From Verrucomicrobiota bacterium (GTDB lineage Bacteria > Verrucomicrobiota > Verrucomicrobiia > Limisphaerales > CANJSG01): 64,000 nucleotides of DNA. Positions 47,224-56,293 of the stretch are shown piece by piece. The position numbers and the translations under genes were made by a program. The notes below the pieces were generated by a model. That model saw only the letters and a list, made by a program, of their open reading frames with translations. It was not told the DNA's origin and ran no database searches. Location: assembly GCA_038209745.1 (NCBI GenBank), contig JBBQXJ010000009.1, positions 1 through 64,000 of the forward strand, read 5' to 3'. Every line of letters starts with the position of its first letter. Position 1 is the first letter of the stretch.

Positions 47224-50200
47224 TCAGGCTCCCAAATCTGCCAACACGGACTGGAGAAAGCTGGCCGCACCCGGGAGAACTCTCGCGATATCGTCCATCC
47301 GGGCGTTCAACGACTGAACCACCTCGGCCGAATTCCAGTCCACCAATCGGCGATACCATTGGAGAAAGGCCTGGTTCAGATCGGCGACGTCCGCGGGCGA
47401 TGGCCGGAAACCGTCGACTGCCACCCATCGACAGACCAGCCAGGCTGCCCGGTTGGACGCGGAAGTCTCCGTGCCGAGAGCGGCGAACAAAGGCAGAGCC
47501 TCGGCCGGCCGACCTGCGAGCAGAAGCGCTTCAGCCCGGCGAGCCTTCAGCTCCTCGTCGTCCGGGTGCTGCTCCCGCGCCGAACCCGTCCAATCCAACG
47601 CCACCTCGAGCACCTCCGGTCGATTCAAGGCGATGGCCGCGCCCAACCGCCACGCCGCGACGTCGTCCGGCGACGTCTGGACCACCTCGTAGATCAAGGT
47701 CAGAGCCCGGCCGTAATCCCCTTCCCCCGCTTCGAAGCGCGCGAAATCCATGGTGACCGGCTTGGCCCCGGGACTCCGTTGCAGGGCCAGGGCGAACGCG
47801 TCCCGGGCGGCCGCCGGTTGCTTGGCCGCGACCCGCGCAAGCGCCAGACAATGTTCCGGAGCGCAGGTCTGCAGATCACGATGCATGGGCGTCAACCCCG
47901 GCACGTCCCGCGCGGCGAGACAGGCCTCGAGCTCCCTCACCGAGAGCTCCAAGTCGCCCGTCCGCAGCGCGGCAAATCCGAGCATGTAGTGCATGGAGGG
48001 AGAAAGGGGGCCCTTCGCCATCAGCGGCTGGTGCCGGATGGCCAACAGGTCCTCAAACCGGCCGGCATCCTTCAGGATGGCCAGCCACTGGGTCAGGATC
48101 ACTTCACGCAGTTCGGGCACGATCTGGTCCGGCGCCTGGGCGCCGAGCAGTTCCGCCGCTTCGCTGTAGCGGACGAGACCGGCTTCAAGCTTTCCGGACC
48201 GCACCAGCTCCAACCCGTGGTTGAAGGTCAGGTTCGCGTCGCCCGGGATCTCCTTCATCGCCTCTTCCAGCAGGCGGAGATTGCGCTCCACCTTGTTGCG
48301 GTCGCGGGTCAGCTCCTCGGTGTAGCCGTGGTGCAGGAGACGGGTTTTGCCGAGCTTGTTGTCCAGACCCCACTCGGCCCGTCGGACCTCGATGCTGGTA
48401 AAGACCTGCTCATGGACGCGGCCCACGTAGAAGAGCGCGGGCGCATTGCGGAACAACCGGGGCACATGGCTCACGCCGTCCGCTTCCTTGCCCACGTTGA
48501 TGAGCGGCAAACGCCAGGCCATCGTCCCGGCTTCGGCCATCTCCGCATGGATCGTGGCCTTGTGCTCCGGCATCAGTTCCTCGTCGGCGTCGAGCACCAG
48601 GATCCAGTCGCCCGTCGCCAACTCCAGAGCCGCGTTGCGCGCGGCGCTGAAGTCGTGGGACCACTCGAAATATCCGAGCTTCGCGCCGAAGCTCCTGGCG
48701 ATCTCGACGGTCCGGTCGGTCGAACCGGTGTCCACCACCACGATCTCGTCGGCGAGATCCTTGACCGAGGCGAGGCACTGGCCGAGGAACCGTTCTTCAT
48801 TCTTGGCGATGAGGCAGACGGTGAGGCGCGGCTTGTCCGACACAACGGGCAAAGGCCAATCCAGGGTTTGTTTGCCCGAGCGCTTCTCGAGCGACTGGGC
48901 GAACTGCTGGACCGGCTTCCAATCCGGGACCAAAGTCACTCCGCGAGCGGCGCACCTCCGTGCGAGTCCGACGTCTCCGGCCTCATCGGCGATCTGGCCG
49001 AGCAGGAGCCAGCCTTCTGGATGAAACGGCCGGGCCGCGATCGCCGCGGAAACGAGCTCCCACGCCTTGCGCAGCTTCTTCGACCGGATGGCATCGCGCG
49101 CGTCGCCGATGTGGCCGACCCACGCCGCTTTGGACAGCACGAGACGTTTCTCGGGACCCGTCTTCGGCAGCGGCCTGGCGGCAAGGACACGGATTCGGTC
49201 CACGACACGGCCCGCCATTTGTTCCCAGGAATACTTCTTCCGGGCCACAGCCGCTCCAGCGATCCCACGAGCCCTGGCCTCGTCGGGCCGGGCCACCACG
49301 GTCTTGAGGATCCGGACCAGATCATCGACATCCGGCTCCAGCCACCATCCGTTGCCCACCAACGGCATCTTGCCGACGGCGTCGCCCAGCATCCGCTTTT
49401 GCGCGCGCAGCAGCCAACCGCATTCCTCCGTCACGAAATCATCGGTCGCTCCGCCGCGAGTCACCACGACGGGAAGCCCGCAAGCCATGGCCTCCAGCAC
49501 CGGCAGGCCGAAGCCCTCGCCGCGATACGGATGCACCAGACAGTCGCACGCCGCATACAACCCGGGCATGTCTTCGGGCGCCATTTCCTGGTCGAGATAC
49601 AGGATCTCCGGCGCATCCGGCTGTTGCCGGGCCGCCTCGATCTCATGGCTGAACGTCATGCCCTGGTAGACGGAAGCGCCCCCGAAATCCTTGATCACGA
49701 GGCAGACGTCGTCCGCTGCGGTGAACGCCCGGAGATAGCCTTTCAACAGCACGTCCGGACCCTTCCGTCCGATCGTTCCACCGACGAAGAGGAGCTTGGT
49801 TTTCTTCCTGGTCGCCAAGGGGAGCGGAGTCGCTCCCGGATGGTAGGCCGTCACGTCCACCGCATTCGGCACCACCACCACTTTGTGCGGAGCGACGCCG
49901 GAATCGACGTAGACGCGGCGGACATGGTTTGAAGGCACCCAGAACTCGTCCACATGCCGCGATGCCTCGGCCCATTCCTTGGGCAAGGAGCCGAATTCCC
50001 AGGGCTGGATGACGACCAGCGCGCCGGTTTTCGGGCGGCTCCAGTCGGGCGGCCACTGGTGGCGCACGGTGATGCGGACGTCGTTCGCCGCCTTGGGACG
50101 CAGCTCCTTCGACAACGCCTGCAAGCCGGCGTCCTTCGCCGGAGTCCCCTGCAAGGCTGCGCTCCCGACGCGGAACAGCGCGATCTCGGGACGTTGGGCG

Positions 50201-53200
50201 AGCACGGCGGTCAGAGACCGGTTGATGCCCGACAGGCTGCCGTAGTCCAGATAGGAGCCTTCCCAACTGACCCGAACCGGCGGTCCCTTGTGGGCAAGCG
50301 CCGCCTTTTCCAGAGCGCGGACGAACGGCGGCGTGACGACCGCCGGCCCATAGATGCACTCCATGAAAAGAGCCCCGGCCCGGCCCATTTCTCGGCGGCG
50401 GTCTTCGGGCAGTTCGTAGGCGGCACGCAGCGCACGCCGCACGTCCTCGACCCGCAGCAGCGGCAGGTCACGGCCCCGGTGATGGGGCTGATATTGGAGC
50501 ATCTCCTCGGTCATCGGACGCTTCAGAACGGGATCGACCGGGATGACCACCGTGCTCTCGCAATAGGGCAGCGCCGCTCCGTAGCCGTCGGGAATGACCG
50601 CGATCTTGCCGCGGACGAACGCCTCGCCCACCGGCGCGGTGAGGGTCGTGTCGGTCGAAACGTAGGCGTCGCAGGAATCGATCACCCGGCAGATGCCGGC
50701 CCGCGTTCCCAGATCCTCGTCGAGAATGATCGGCGTCGAGGAACCGGTCTTGGCCCGGAGCGACTCGATCAAATTTCGCAGGTCCCGCGCCGGCTGGCCG
50801 CTGACGGGATGCCATGATGGATAGTTGACCTTGAGGCAGAGCTCGACGTCGGGCGCGTCCTTGAACTCGGCCAGGAACGCCTCGATCAACGCATCCCAAC
50901 GGCGTCGCGGCTGGAACATCGCGACGCAGAGGAAGCGGAACTTCGCGCCCGTTTCTCGGGGCATGGGCGCGGGCAGCGCCGCATTTGCAATCCACGGATG
51001 CGGACACTTCAGGACCTGGATCTTGGCCTTGGGAACCCCGGCGGCGACGAAGCGTTCGGCCTCCTTGTCGGTCTGGAGCCAGAGCTGGTCCATCTCGTTG
51101 CAGACGGCGACCCATTCCGGAGGCGGCTTCAGCCCCTGGGCCGTGCCGTCGAAGGTCGTGAAAAGGATCCGGGCGCTGTTCGGCGGCAGCGAAACCTTCA
51201 GCCATTCCGGTGTCGCCACGTGGAAGAAGACCGCGACCACCGGCTGGGTCACGGGAGTCTTTTCCAGCGAACGCAACCACTCCAGATCGCAGTCGTCCAC
51301 TCCCTCTTCGACGCCGTCCACCGGCATGATCCGCAGCTTGATCCCCACCGCGCTCCAAGCGGCGGCGAGACAACGCGCGGCCACGCCGTAGCCGCTGCGG
51401 TTATAGAAGGGCGCGAACATGACCACGGTGGGACCGTCCGCCTTCGCCAGATTCATCGACGCGCCCACCGCTGTTTGCGCGGTCGGGGTGCGAAGACTCG
51501 GAGCCGCCAGCGTCGTTCTCATTTGCTCGACGACCCGGTCCGCCACTCCGGACCAGGCGCGGTCGCGCCGGATCGCGACGCCCGCACGCCGCCCGAGATC
51601 GGCCGCCTCGTCTCCGTTTTGCACGACGTGGCGCAGCCGTTCCTCCAAAGCCTTCTGGTCCACCTCCGCATGGACCCGTTCGCCGGTGACCCGCCAGTGG
51701 CCGACCACGGCCTGCTTCTGGGAGACGATCTTTGCCGGCACCAGATAGGCGTTCTCCGCCGACACGAATTCCCGCACGCCGCCGAAGTCCGTGGTGATCA
51801 CGGGCCGGCCGCAGGCCATCGCCTCCAGCGCGGCCAGGTTGAAGCTCGCCGTGCGGTGCGGCAGCACCAGGCAATCGCAGGCCACATAGAGCCCGGCCAG
51901 CTCCTGCTCCGACAACATCCGGGGAATGTATTCGATCTGCGGGCAGCGCGGATTGGCGATGCATTCGCCGATCATCTTCTCCAGATGCAGCCGGGCGTAG
52001 TAGTCCCCGCAATCCATGTCCTTCACCACCAGGCAGACGTCGTCCCGGTCTTTGAAGACCCGGAGGTAGGCCGCCAACAGGACATCGAATCCTCGGCGGC
52101 GGGAGGTCTCGCCGACGAACAGGAACTTGAACCGCTTCCCGGTTTTCAAGGGAAAGGGAGCGGCCTCGGGATGAAAAACCTTCGGATCGACCCCCATCGG
52201 CACTACCGCCAACCGGGCCGCGTCCACTCCGCCGGCCAGGAACTGGTCGCGGACGAATCCACTGGGCACCCAGACACGGTCGACCCCTTCGTTGATCGGC
52301 CGGACCCAGTCGGTCGGGATCGGCCCCGACCACCAGGAGCTTCCGAGGATCTGCCGCTTGGCGGCGAGTTCGTTGAAAACCGGATGCCAGCGACAGGACA
52401 CGTTCACATCCATCCCGCCCGGGAGTGGCTGGTGAAACCTCGACGCCAACGTGCGGAATCCGGGGGACGCGGCCAGGTCCAGCTCCTCGATGTGGAACGG
52501 ACCGTTCCCCGGCGTCAGGGAGACATGGTGTCCCCGCCGGACCAGTTCCAGCCCGACCTCGCGGTTCCATTTCGGAATCTTGCCATGGAACAGCTGGAGG
52601 CCGCCCCAGTGGATGTTCAGCGCCTTCTCCGGAGACGCCGGTTCCAAGGAACCGCCGGCCACCACTTCCACGACCGGACGCCGGGTTTCAGCCTGCGCTT
52701 TGCGGATGAGATCGATCATCGCGGGAGCCGTCGCCTCGTAGGAATACCGCTCGCGCATGTAGTCCATCGCTCCGCCGACCATCTGCTTGCGCTCCTCCGG
52801 GCCCAGGGCAAAAACACGCCTCAAAGCCCTGCGCATCTCCGGCACTTCGAGCGTGGCAAAGGTCGCCCCCTTCTGGTGCGGCATGTATTCGGCCATCTCG
52901 GCCGTGATCGCCACGCGACCGGAGCCGTTGGGCACGACGACGGCCTGCGGCGGCAAGTCCACGCCCCAACCGTCGGTGATGATCACGGGAAGATTGCGCA
53001 CCATCGCCTCGGTCACCGGCGCGGTATGGGTCGTGTCCGGAGACACGTAGGCATGGCATTGGTCGATCAGCCGGGCCAACTCCTTCCGCGTGCCGAGCGC
53101 TTCATCGATGACGACGCTGGCCTTGGAGGACGTTTCCCGGCGGAGCCGTTCGACCAGGGCTTCAAGATCCTTCTTGGGCTTGCCGGGCACCGGGTGCCAC

Positions 53201-53853
53201 GAGGGATAGCTCATCTTCAAATAGAGCTCCGCCTCACGGGCCCCGCGGAACTCCTCGAAGAACGCCCGGATGAGAACGTCGAGCCGGCGACGCGGGAGAA
53301 AGAGGGAGATGTGCAGGAAACGGAACGCCTGGCCCTCGCGGGGCATGGTTTCCGCCAAGGGACCGAGCCTCGAGTTGTCGATCCATTCGTGGGCCCAGTT
53401 GAAGAAGTGGATGCGCTCCGGATCCAGGCCGCCCCGGATCCAAGCGGTCTTCTCCGTCTGGTTCGCCACCCAGACCTGGTCCATCTCGTTGCCGATGAAA
53501 ATCAGCCTCGACGGAGGCGTGGCCGCATCGGCGCTGCTGTCGAACGTGGTCAACAGGATCCGCCGGCTCGGCTCGGGCAGCGGCAGCTTCGGCCACAAAT
53601 AGGTGGGAACATAGGCGAAGATCGCCGTCACCGGTCCGACCACCGGCGTGAACTTGAGCGACTGCAGCAGGTGGAGATCGACGTCGTCCAGGTCGCCCGA
53701 TGCCTTGGGGTCGTTGCAGTCCACCGGCACGATCCGGACATTGACCCCGGCGAGGTGCAGTCCCATCGCGGTGCCCCGGGCCAGAACCCCGAAACCCGAG
53801 CGCGCGAAGAACGGACCGTAGACGATGACGGTTCCAGGAAATGGGGGATTCAT
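47224..53853 (-). CDS. 2209-aa multi-domain glycosyltransferase (4 x GT4-like + TPR + GT2 + TPR), probable flagellin glycosyltransferase
   Basis: Four GT-B-like modules incl. PYRGEGFGLPVLEAMACG; GT2 LTVCLIAKNEE..VVDTGSTDRT..LVLDADE; helical TPR-like repeats. Confidence 0.88.
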   Translation of the reverse strand: MNPPFPGTVIVYGPFFARSGFGVLARGTAMGLHLAGVNVRIVPVDCNDPKASGDLDDVDLHLLQSLKFTPVVGPVTAIFAYVPTYLWPKLPLPEPSRRILLTTFDSSADAATPPSRLIFIGNEMDQVWVANQTEKTAWIRGGLDPERIHFFNWAHEWIDNSRLGPLAETMPREGQAFRFLHISLFLPRRRLDVLIRAFFEEFRGAREAELYLKMSYPSWHPVPGKPKKDLEALVERLRRETSSKASVVIDEALGTRKELARLIDQCHAYVSPDTTHTAPVTEAMVRNLPVIITDGWGVDLPPQAVVVPNGSGRVAITAEMAEYMPHQKGATFATLEVPEMRRALRRVFALGPEERKQMVGGAMDYMRERYSYEATAPAMIDLIRKAQAETRRPVVEVVAGGSLEPASPEKALNIHWGGLQLFHGKIPKWNREVGLELVRRGHHVSLTPGNGPFHIEELDLAASPGFRTLASRFHQPLPGGMDVNVSCRWHPVFNELAAKRQILGSSWWSGPIPTDWVRPINEGVDRVWVPSGFVRDQFLAGGVDAARLAVVPMGVDPKVFHPEAAPFPLKTGKRFKFLFVGETSRRRGFDVLLAAYLRVFKDRDDVCLVVKDMDCGDYYARLHLEKMIGECIANPRCPQIEYIPRMLSEQELAGLYVACDCLVLPHRTASFNLAALEAMACGRPVITTDFGGVREFVSAENAYLVPAKIVSQKQAVVGHWRVTGERVHAEVDQKALEERLRHVVQNGDEAADLGRRAGVAIRRDRAWSGVADRVVEQMRTTLAAPSLRTPTAQTAVGASMNLAKADGPTVVMFAPFYNRSGYGVAARCLAAAWSAVGIKLRIMPVDGVEEGVDDCDLEWLRSLEKTPVTQPVVAVFFHVATPEWLKVSLPPNSARILFTTFDGTAQGLKPPPEWVAVCNEMDQLWLQTDKEAERFVAAGVPKAKIQVLKCPHPWIANAALPAPMPRETGAKFRFLCVAMFQPRRRWDALIEAFLAEFKDAPDVELCLKVNYPSWHPVSGQPARDLRNLIESLRAKTGSSTPIILDEDLGTRAGICRVIDSCDAYVSTDTTLTAPVGEAFVRGKIAVIPDGYGAALPYCESTVVIPVDPVLKRPMTEEMLQYQPHHRGRDLPLLRVEDVRRALRAAYELPEDRRREMGRAGALFMECIYGPAVVTPPFVRALEKAALAHKGPPVRVSWEGSYLDYGSLSGINRSLTAVLAQRPEIALFRVGSAALQGTPAKDAGLQALSKELRPKAANDVRITVRHQWPPDWSRPKTGALVVIQPWEFGSLPKEWAEASRHVDEFWVPSNHVRRVYVDSGVAPHKVVVVPNAVDVTAYHPGATPLPLATRKKTKLLFVGGTIGRKGPDVLLKGYLRAFTAADDVCLVIKDFGGASVYQGMTFSHEIEAARQQPDAPEILYLDQEMAPEDMPGLYAACDCLVHPYRGEGFGLPVLEAMACGLPVVVTRGGATDDFVTEECGWLLRAQKRMLGDAVGKMPLVGNGWWLEPDVDDLVRILKTVVARPDEARARGIAGAAVARKKYSWEQMAGRVVDRIRVLAARPLPKTGPEKRLVLSKAAWVGHIGDARDAIRSKKLRKAWELVSAAIAARPFHPEGWLLLGQIADEAGDVGLARRCAARGVTLVPDWKPVQQFAQSLEKRSGKQTLDWPLPVVSDKPRLTVCLIAKNEERFLGQCLASVKDLADEIVVVDTGSTDRTVEIARSFGAKLGYFEWSHDFSAARNAALELATGDWILVLDADEELMPEHKATIHAEMAEAGTMAWRLPLINVGKEADGVSHVPRLFRNAPALFYVGRVHEQVFTSIEVRRAEWGLDNKLGKTRLLHHGYTEELTRDRNKVERNLRLLEEAMKEIPGDANLTFNHGLELVRSGKLEAGLVRYSEAAELLGAQAPDQIVPELREVILTQWLAILKDAGRFEDLLAIRHQPLMAKGPLSPSMHYMLGFAALRTGDLELSVRELEACLAARDVPGLTPMHRDLQTCAPEHCLALARVAAKQPAAARDAFALALQRSPGAKPVTMDFARFEAGEGDYGRALTLIYEVVQTSPDDVAAWRLGAAIALNRPEVLEVALDWTGSAREQHPDDEELKARRAEALLLAGRPAEALPLFAALGTETSASNRAAWLVCRWVAVDGFRPSPADVADLNQAFLQWYRRLVDWNSAEVVQSLNARMDDIARVLPGAASFLQSVLADLGA

Positions 53854-53871
53854 TGGGGAATCAGCGTGGTT

Positions 53872-55095
53872 TCAATCTAGCTTGTAAAGCGTCACCACGG
53901 CGTTCGGCAGCCGGAGGCTCCCGGTGATCGCCTGGTGGATCGCCTTCTGCGCGGGTCGTGAGGAGATGAGAATGGTTCCTTCCATGCCGGCCACGTCGGC
54001 CGGTTTGATGATCGGGAGATCGCGCAAGGTCTTGCCCTGGTAGCGCGGGTTGGAGTCCACCACGGCCACAAGCTTCCCTTCGGCCAAGCGACTCGTCGCC
54101 AGCAGCCGCAAAGTATGGCTGCCCGCGCCCCAGACGATGACCGGGCGACCGCTCTCGACCAGTGCGTCGATCGCCGGTTGGACCGCGTCGTTGTCGCGGC
54201 GGGAGTTGGCGACGTAGCGGGCCAGTCCGTCGGCGGTATCGGTGTCCTTCTCCCAGGGCAGCGCCGCGCCGCCCGCCACCAGCTCGAAGGCACCATGCAG
54301 CACCGGCGTGACCGTGTTGGCGCTGCAACGCTGCATCCCCTGTTCCGTGAACAGGGTCCTGAAGCCGAAGCGCGCCATCAGGTTCGAGATCGTTCTGGGT
54401 CCGAAATAGTTGATGTGCTCCATGCTGAACTCCTGGAACGGAGCGTCGTCGCCGGTGTCATACCGGCTCGCATCGGGCACGGTGACGAAGATCCGGCCCC
54501 CGGGCCGAAGCATGGACGTCATCTTCTCCAAGGCCGCCGACAGGTCGCGGATGTGCTCCATCACGCCGATCAAGATCAACAGGTCCACGGGTCCGACATC
54601 GGACAGGTCGTCGGAGATTGCCCCGGTCTTCACCGGGACTCCGTAGGCCTCACCGGCGATCCGGGAACAGACGGGCGAAGGATCCAATCCCATGACCCCG
54701 CCGAAACCGGCCTGCTTCAGCTGCGAGAGCAGGAGACCCGTCGCGCAACCGACCTCGAAGATCTTCGTGTTCGAGTCGGGCATGAACCGTTTGATCTGCT
54801 CCACCGTGAGGCGGAAGCGGGCCAGGTCGAACTCCGACGGCCCCGCCACCGCACCGGGCTCGGAGGGCATCTCATACTTCGACATGTCGCGGTAGTAGCG
54901 GTCGAAGACTTCCTGCGACGGCAGCCGGTCGGCATAGCAATGCCCGCAGTCCGCGCAGGCCACGACGTCGTAGCCGCCGAACAGGCTGCCTTCGGACATC
55001 ATCGCGAAACGCTGGGGAAAGAGGAGGCGGGTTCCGGTGCCGCGGCAGACATCGCAACCGCGCGGAGGAAGGTTCAGTTCGGGGATCGGTTTCAT
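53872..55095 (-). CDS. Class I SAM methyltransferase resembling NDP-sugar C-methyltransferases
   Basis: Start MKPIPEL; CDVC..CADC Zn site, FEVGCATG, VMEH, EHINYF, C-terminal IVWGAGSH..VDSNPRYQG. Confidence 0.8.
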   Translation of the reverse strand: MKPIPELNLPPRGCDVCRGTGTRLLFPQRFAMMSEGSLFGGYDVVACADCGHCYADRLPSQEVFDRYYRDMSKYEMPSEPGAVAGPSEFDLARFRLTVEQIKRFMPDSNTKIFEVGCATGLLLSQLKQAGFGGVMGLDPSPVCSRIAGEAYGVPVKTGAISDDLSDVGPVDLLILIGVMEHIRDLSAALEKMTSMLRPGGRIFVTVPDASRYDTGDDAPFQEFSMEHINYFGPRTISNLMARFGFRTLFTEQGMQRCSANTVTPVLHGAFELVAGGAALPWEKDTDTADGLARYVANSRRDNDAVQPAIDALVESGRPVIVWGAGSHTLRLLATSRLAEGKLVAVVDSNPRYQGKTLRDLPIIKPADVAGMEGTILISSRPAQKAIHQAITGSLRLPNAVVTLYKLD

Positions 55096-55108
55096 CACGG
55101 TCTTCGGT

Positions 55109-56293
55109 TCAACGGGGGTCGCGGGCGGCGGGCACCGCATAGCAGACGGTGTCCCAGCACTCCTCGTTGTGGGGGCGCAGATACAGCCGGTAGTCGGCGC
55201 GAAGTTCCCGGAGCTGCTCGGGGATCCGCCAGAGGTGGTCCTGCTTGTGATAGGCGCTGATCGCCAGCACCGGGGCGTGTTCACGGATCGTCGCCGCCAC
55301 GCCCCTGAGCGCGTCCGGTTCGGCCCCCTCGATGTCCATCTTCAGATAGGTCGGCGTCGTCCCCACCAGCAACTCGTCCAGTCGGACGCATTGGATCTCA
55401 AGCGAACCCTCGGGATTCGCGGCGGAGGAAAGGCTGCCGTCGCCGTCGAAACGCAGCGGGCCGTCGAAGTCGGCGGCGCCGAGTTTCTCCAGCCGGATCT
55501 TGCCGCGCACTTCCGGGGCGTAGGCCGCCACCCGGTCGGCCATCTTGGCGAAATTGATCGGATCGGGTTCCAGCGCGACGATCTGCCGGAAGCAGGCTCC
55601 TTGGCGCTTCACGAAGGCGTCGATGCTGTCGCCGTCGAACGCGCCGCAGTCCACGAAGGTTTCGGCGTCCGCCAGACTGAAAAGATCGTCCGGGAAATAC
55701 TGCTCCTCGGCCACGGGCGACGGCAATCCGCCGAAATCCGCCTGCAACCGCCATCGGATCTGGGCCACGTATTCCTGGCGGGACCGCTCGTCCGCGAGAT
55801 CATGAAAGGTTCCGAGAACCGCGTCCCGTTGTGCGAGAACATGCTGGGGCAGTCCGAGACAGTAGTAGTCGAGGAAGACAGAGGGATGCTTCCAGAAGAG
55901 CACGACCGCCGGGACGACCCGGACACAGCCAAGCCCCTTGAGCTGGGCCTCGGTCCGATCAAAACGATGGGTTCCGCCGGCTCGCCATATGGTCACTACA
56001 AAGACCGCGTCATGACCGTGTCGCTTGGCGGCTTCGTCGGGTGAAAGCACTTCGACGCCGTCGATGCGAGAGCCCCATGCCGCCCGGTTGTTGTCGGCGA
56101 ACGCCACCGGCTCCACGCCCAAGCTGCGGAGGCCCTTGACGGTGCGTCGTCCCAGCCCCCCGCCGCCAAACAGCACGATCGCCCGCGAGGCGCCTCCGGC
56201 GACCCGATCAAAGGCGGACGCCGCCCGGACGGCGGCGGCATCGACGGATTCGGCCAGCAACGCGGAGAGTTCCCGTTCCAAGGACGCGCTCAT
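55109..56293 (-). CDS. FkbM-family methyltransferase with N-terminal Rossmann-like domain
   Basis: VLFGGGGLG..FADNN; FVDCGAFDGD, ALEPD, YLKMDIEGAE, LAISAYH. Confidence 0.88.
   Translation of the reverse strand: MSASLERELSALLAESVDAAAVRAASAFDRVAGGASRAIVLFGGGGLGRRTVKGLRSLGVEPVAFADNNRAAWGSRIDGVEVLSPDEAAKRHGHDAVFVVTIWRAGGTHRFDRTEAQLKGLGCVRVVPAVVLFWKHPSVFLDYYCLGLPQHVLAQRDAVLGTFHDLADERSRQEYVAQIRWRLQADFGGLPSPVAEEQYFPDDLFSLADAETFVDCGAFDGDSIDAFVKRQGACFRQIVALEPDPINFAKMADRVAAYAPEVRGKIRLEKLGAADFDGPLRFDGDGSLSSAANPEGSLEIQCVRLDELLVGTTPTYLKMDIEGAEPDALRGVAATIREHAPVLAISAYHKQDHLWRIPEQLRELRADYRLYLRPHNEECWDTVCYAVPAARDPR

Noticed and set aside
47017..53880. Very long plus-strand ORFs (47017-49932, 50998-53880) and similar ones elsewhere (2168-3742, 36750-38750, 58365-60251)
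   Set aside because: Antisense shadows of well-supported genes in high-GC DNA; no motifs
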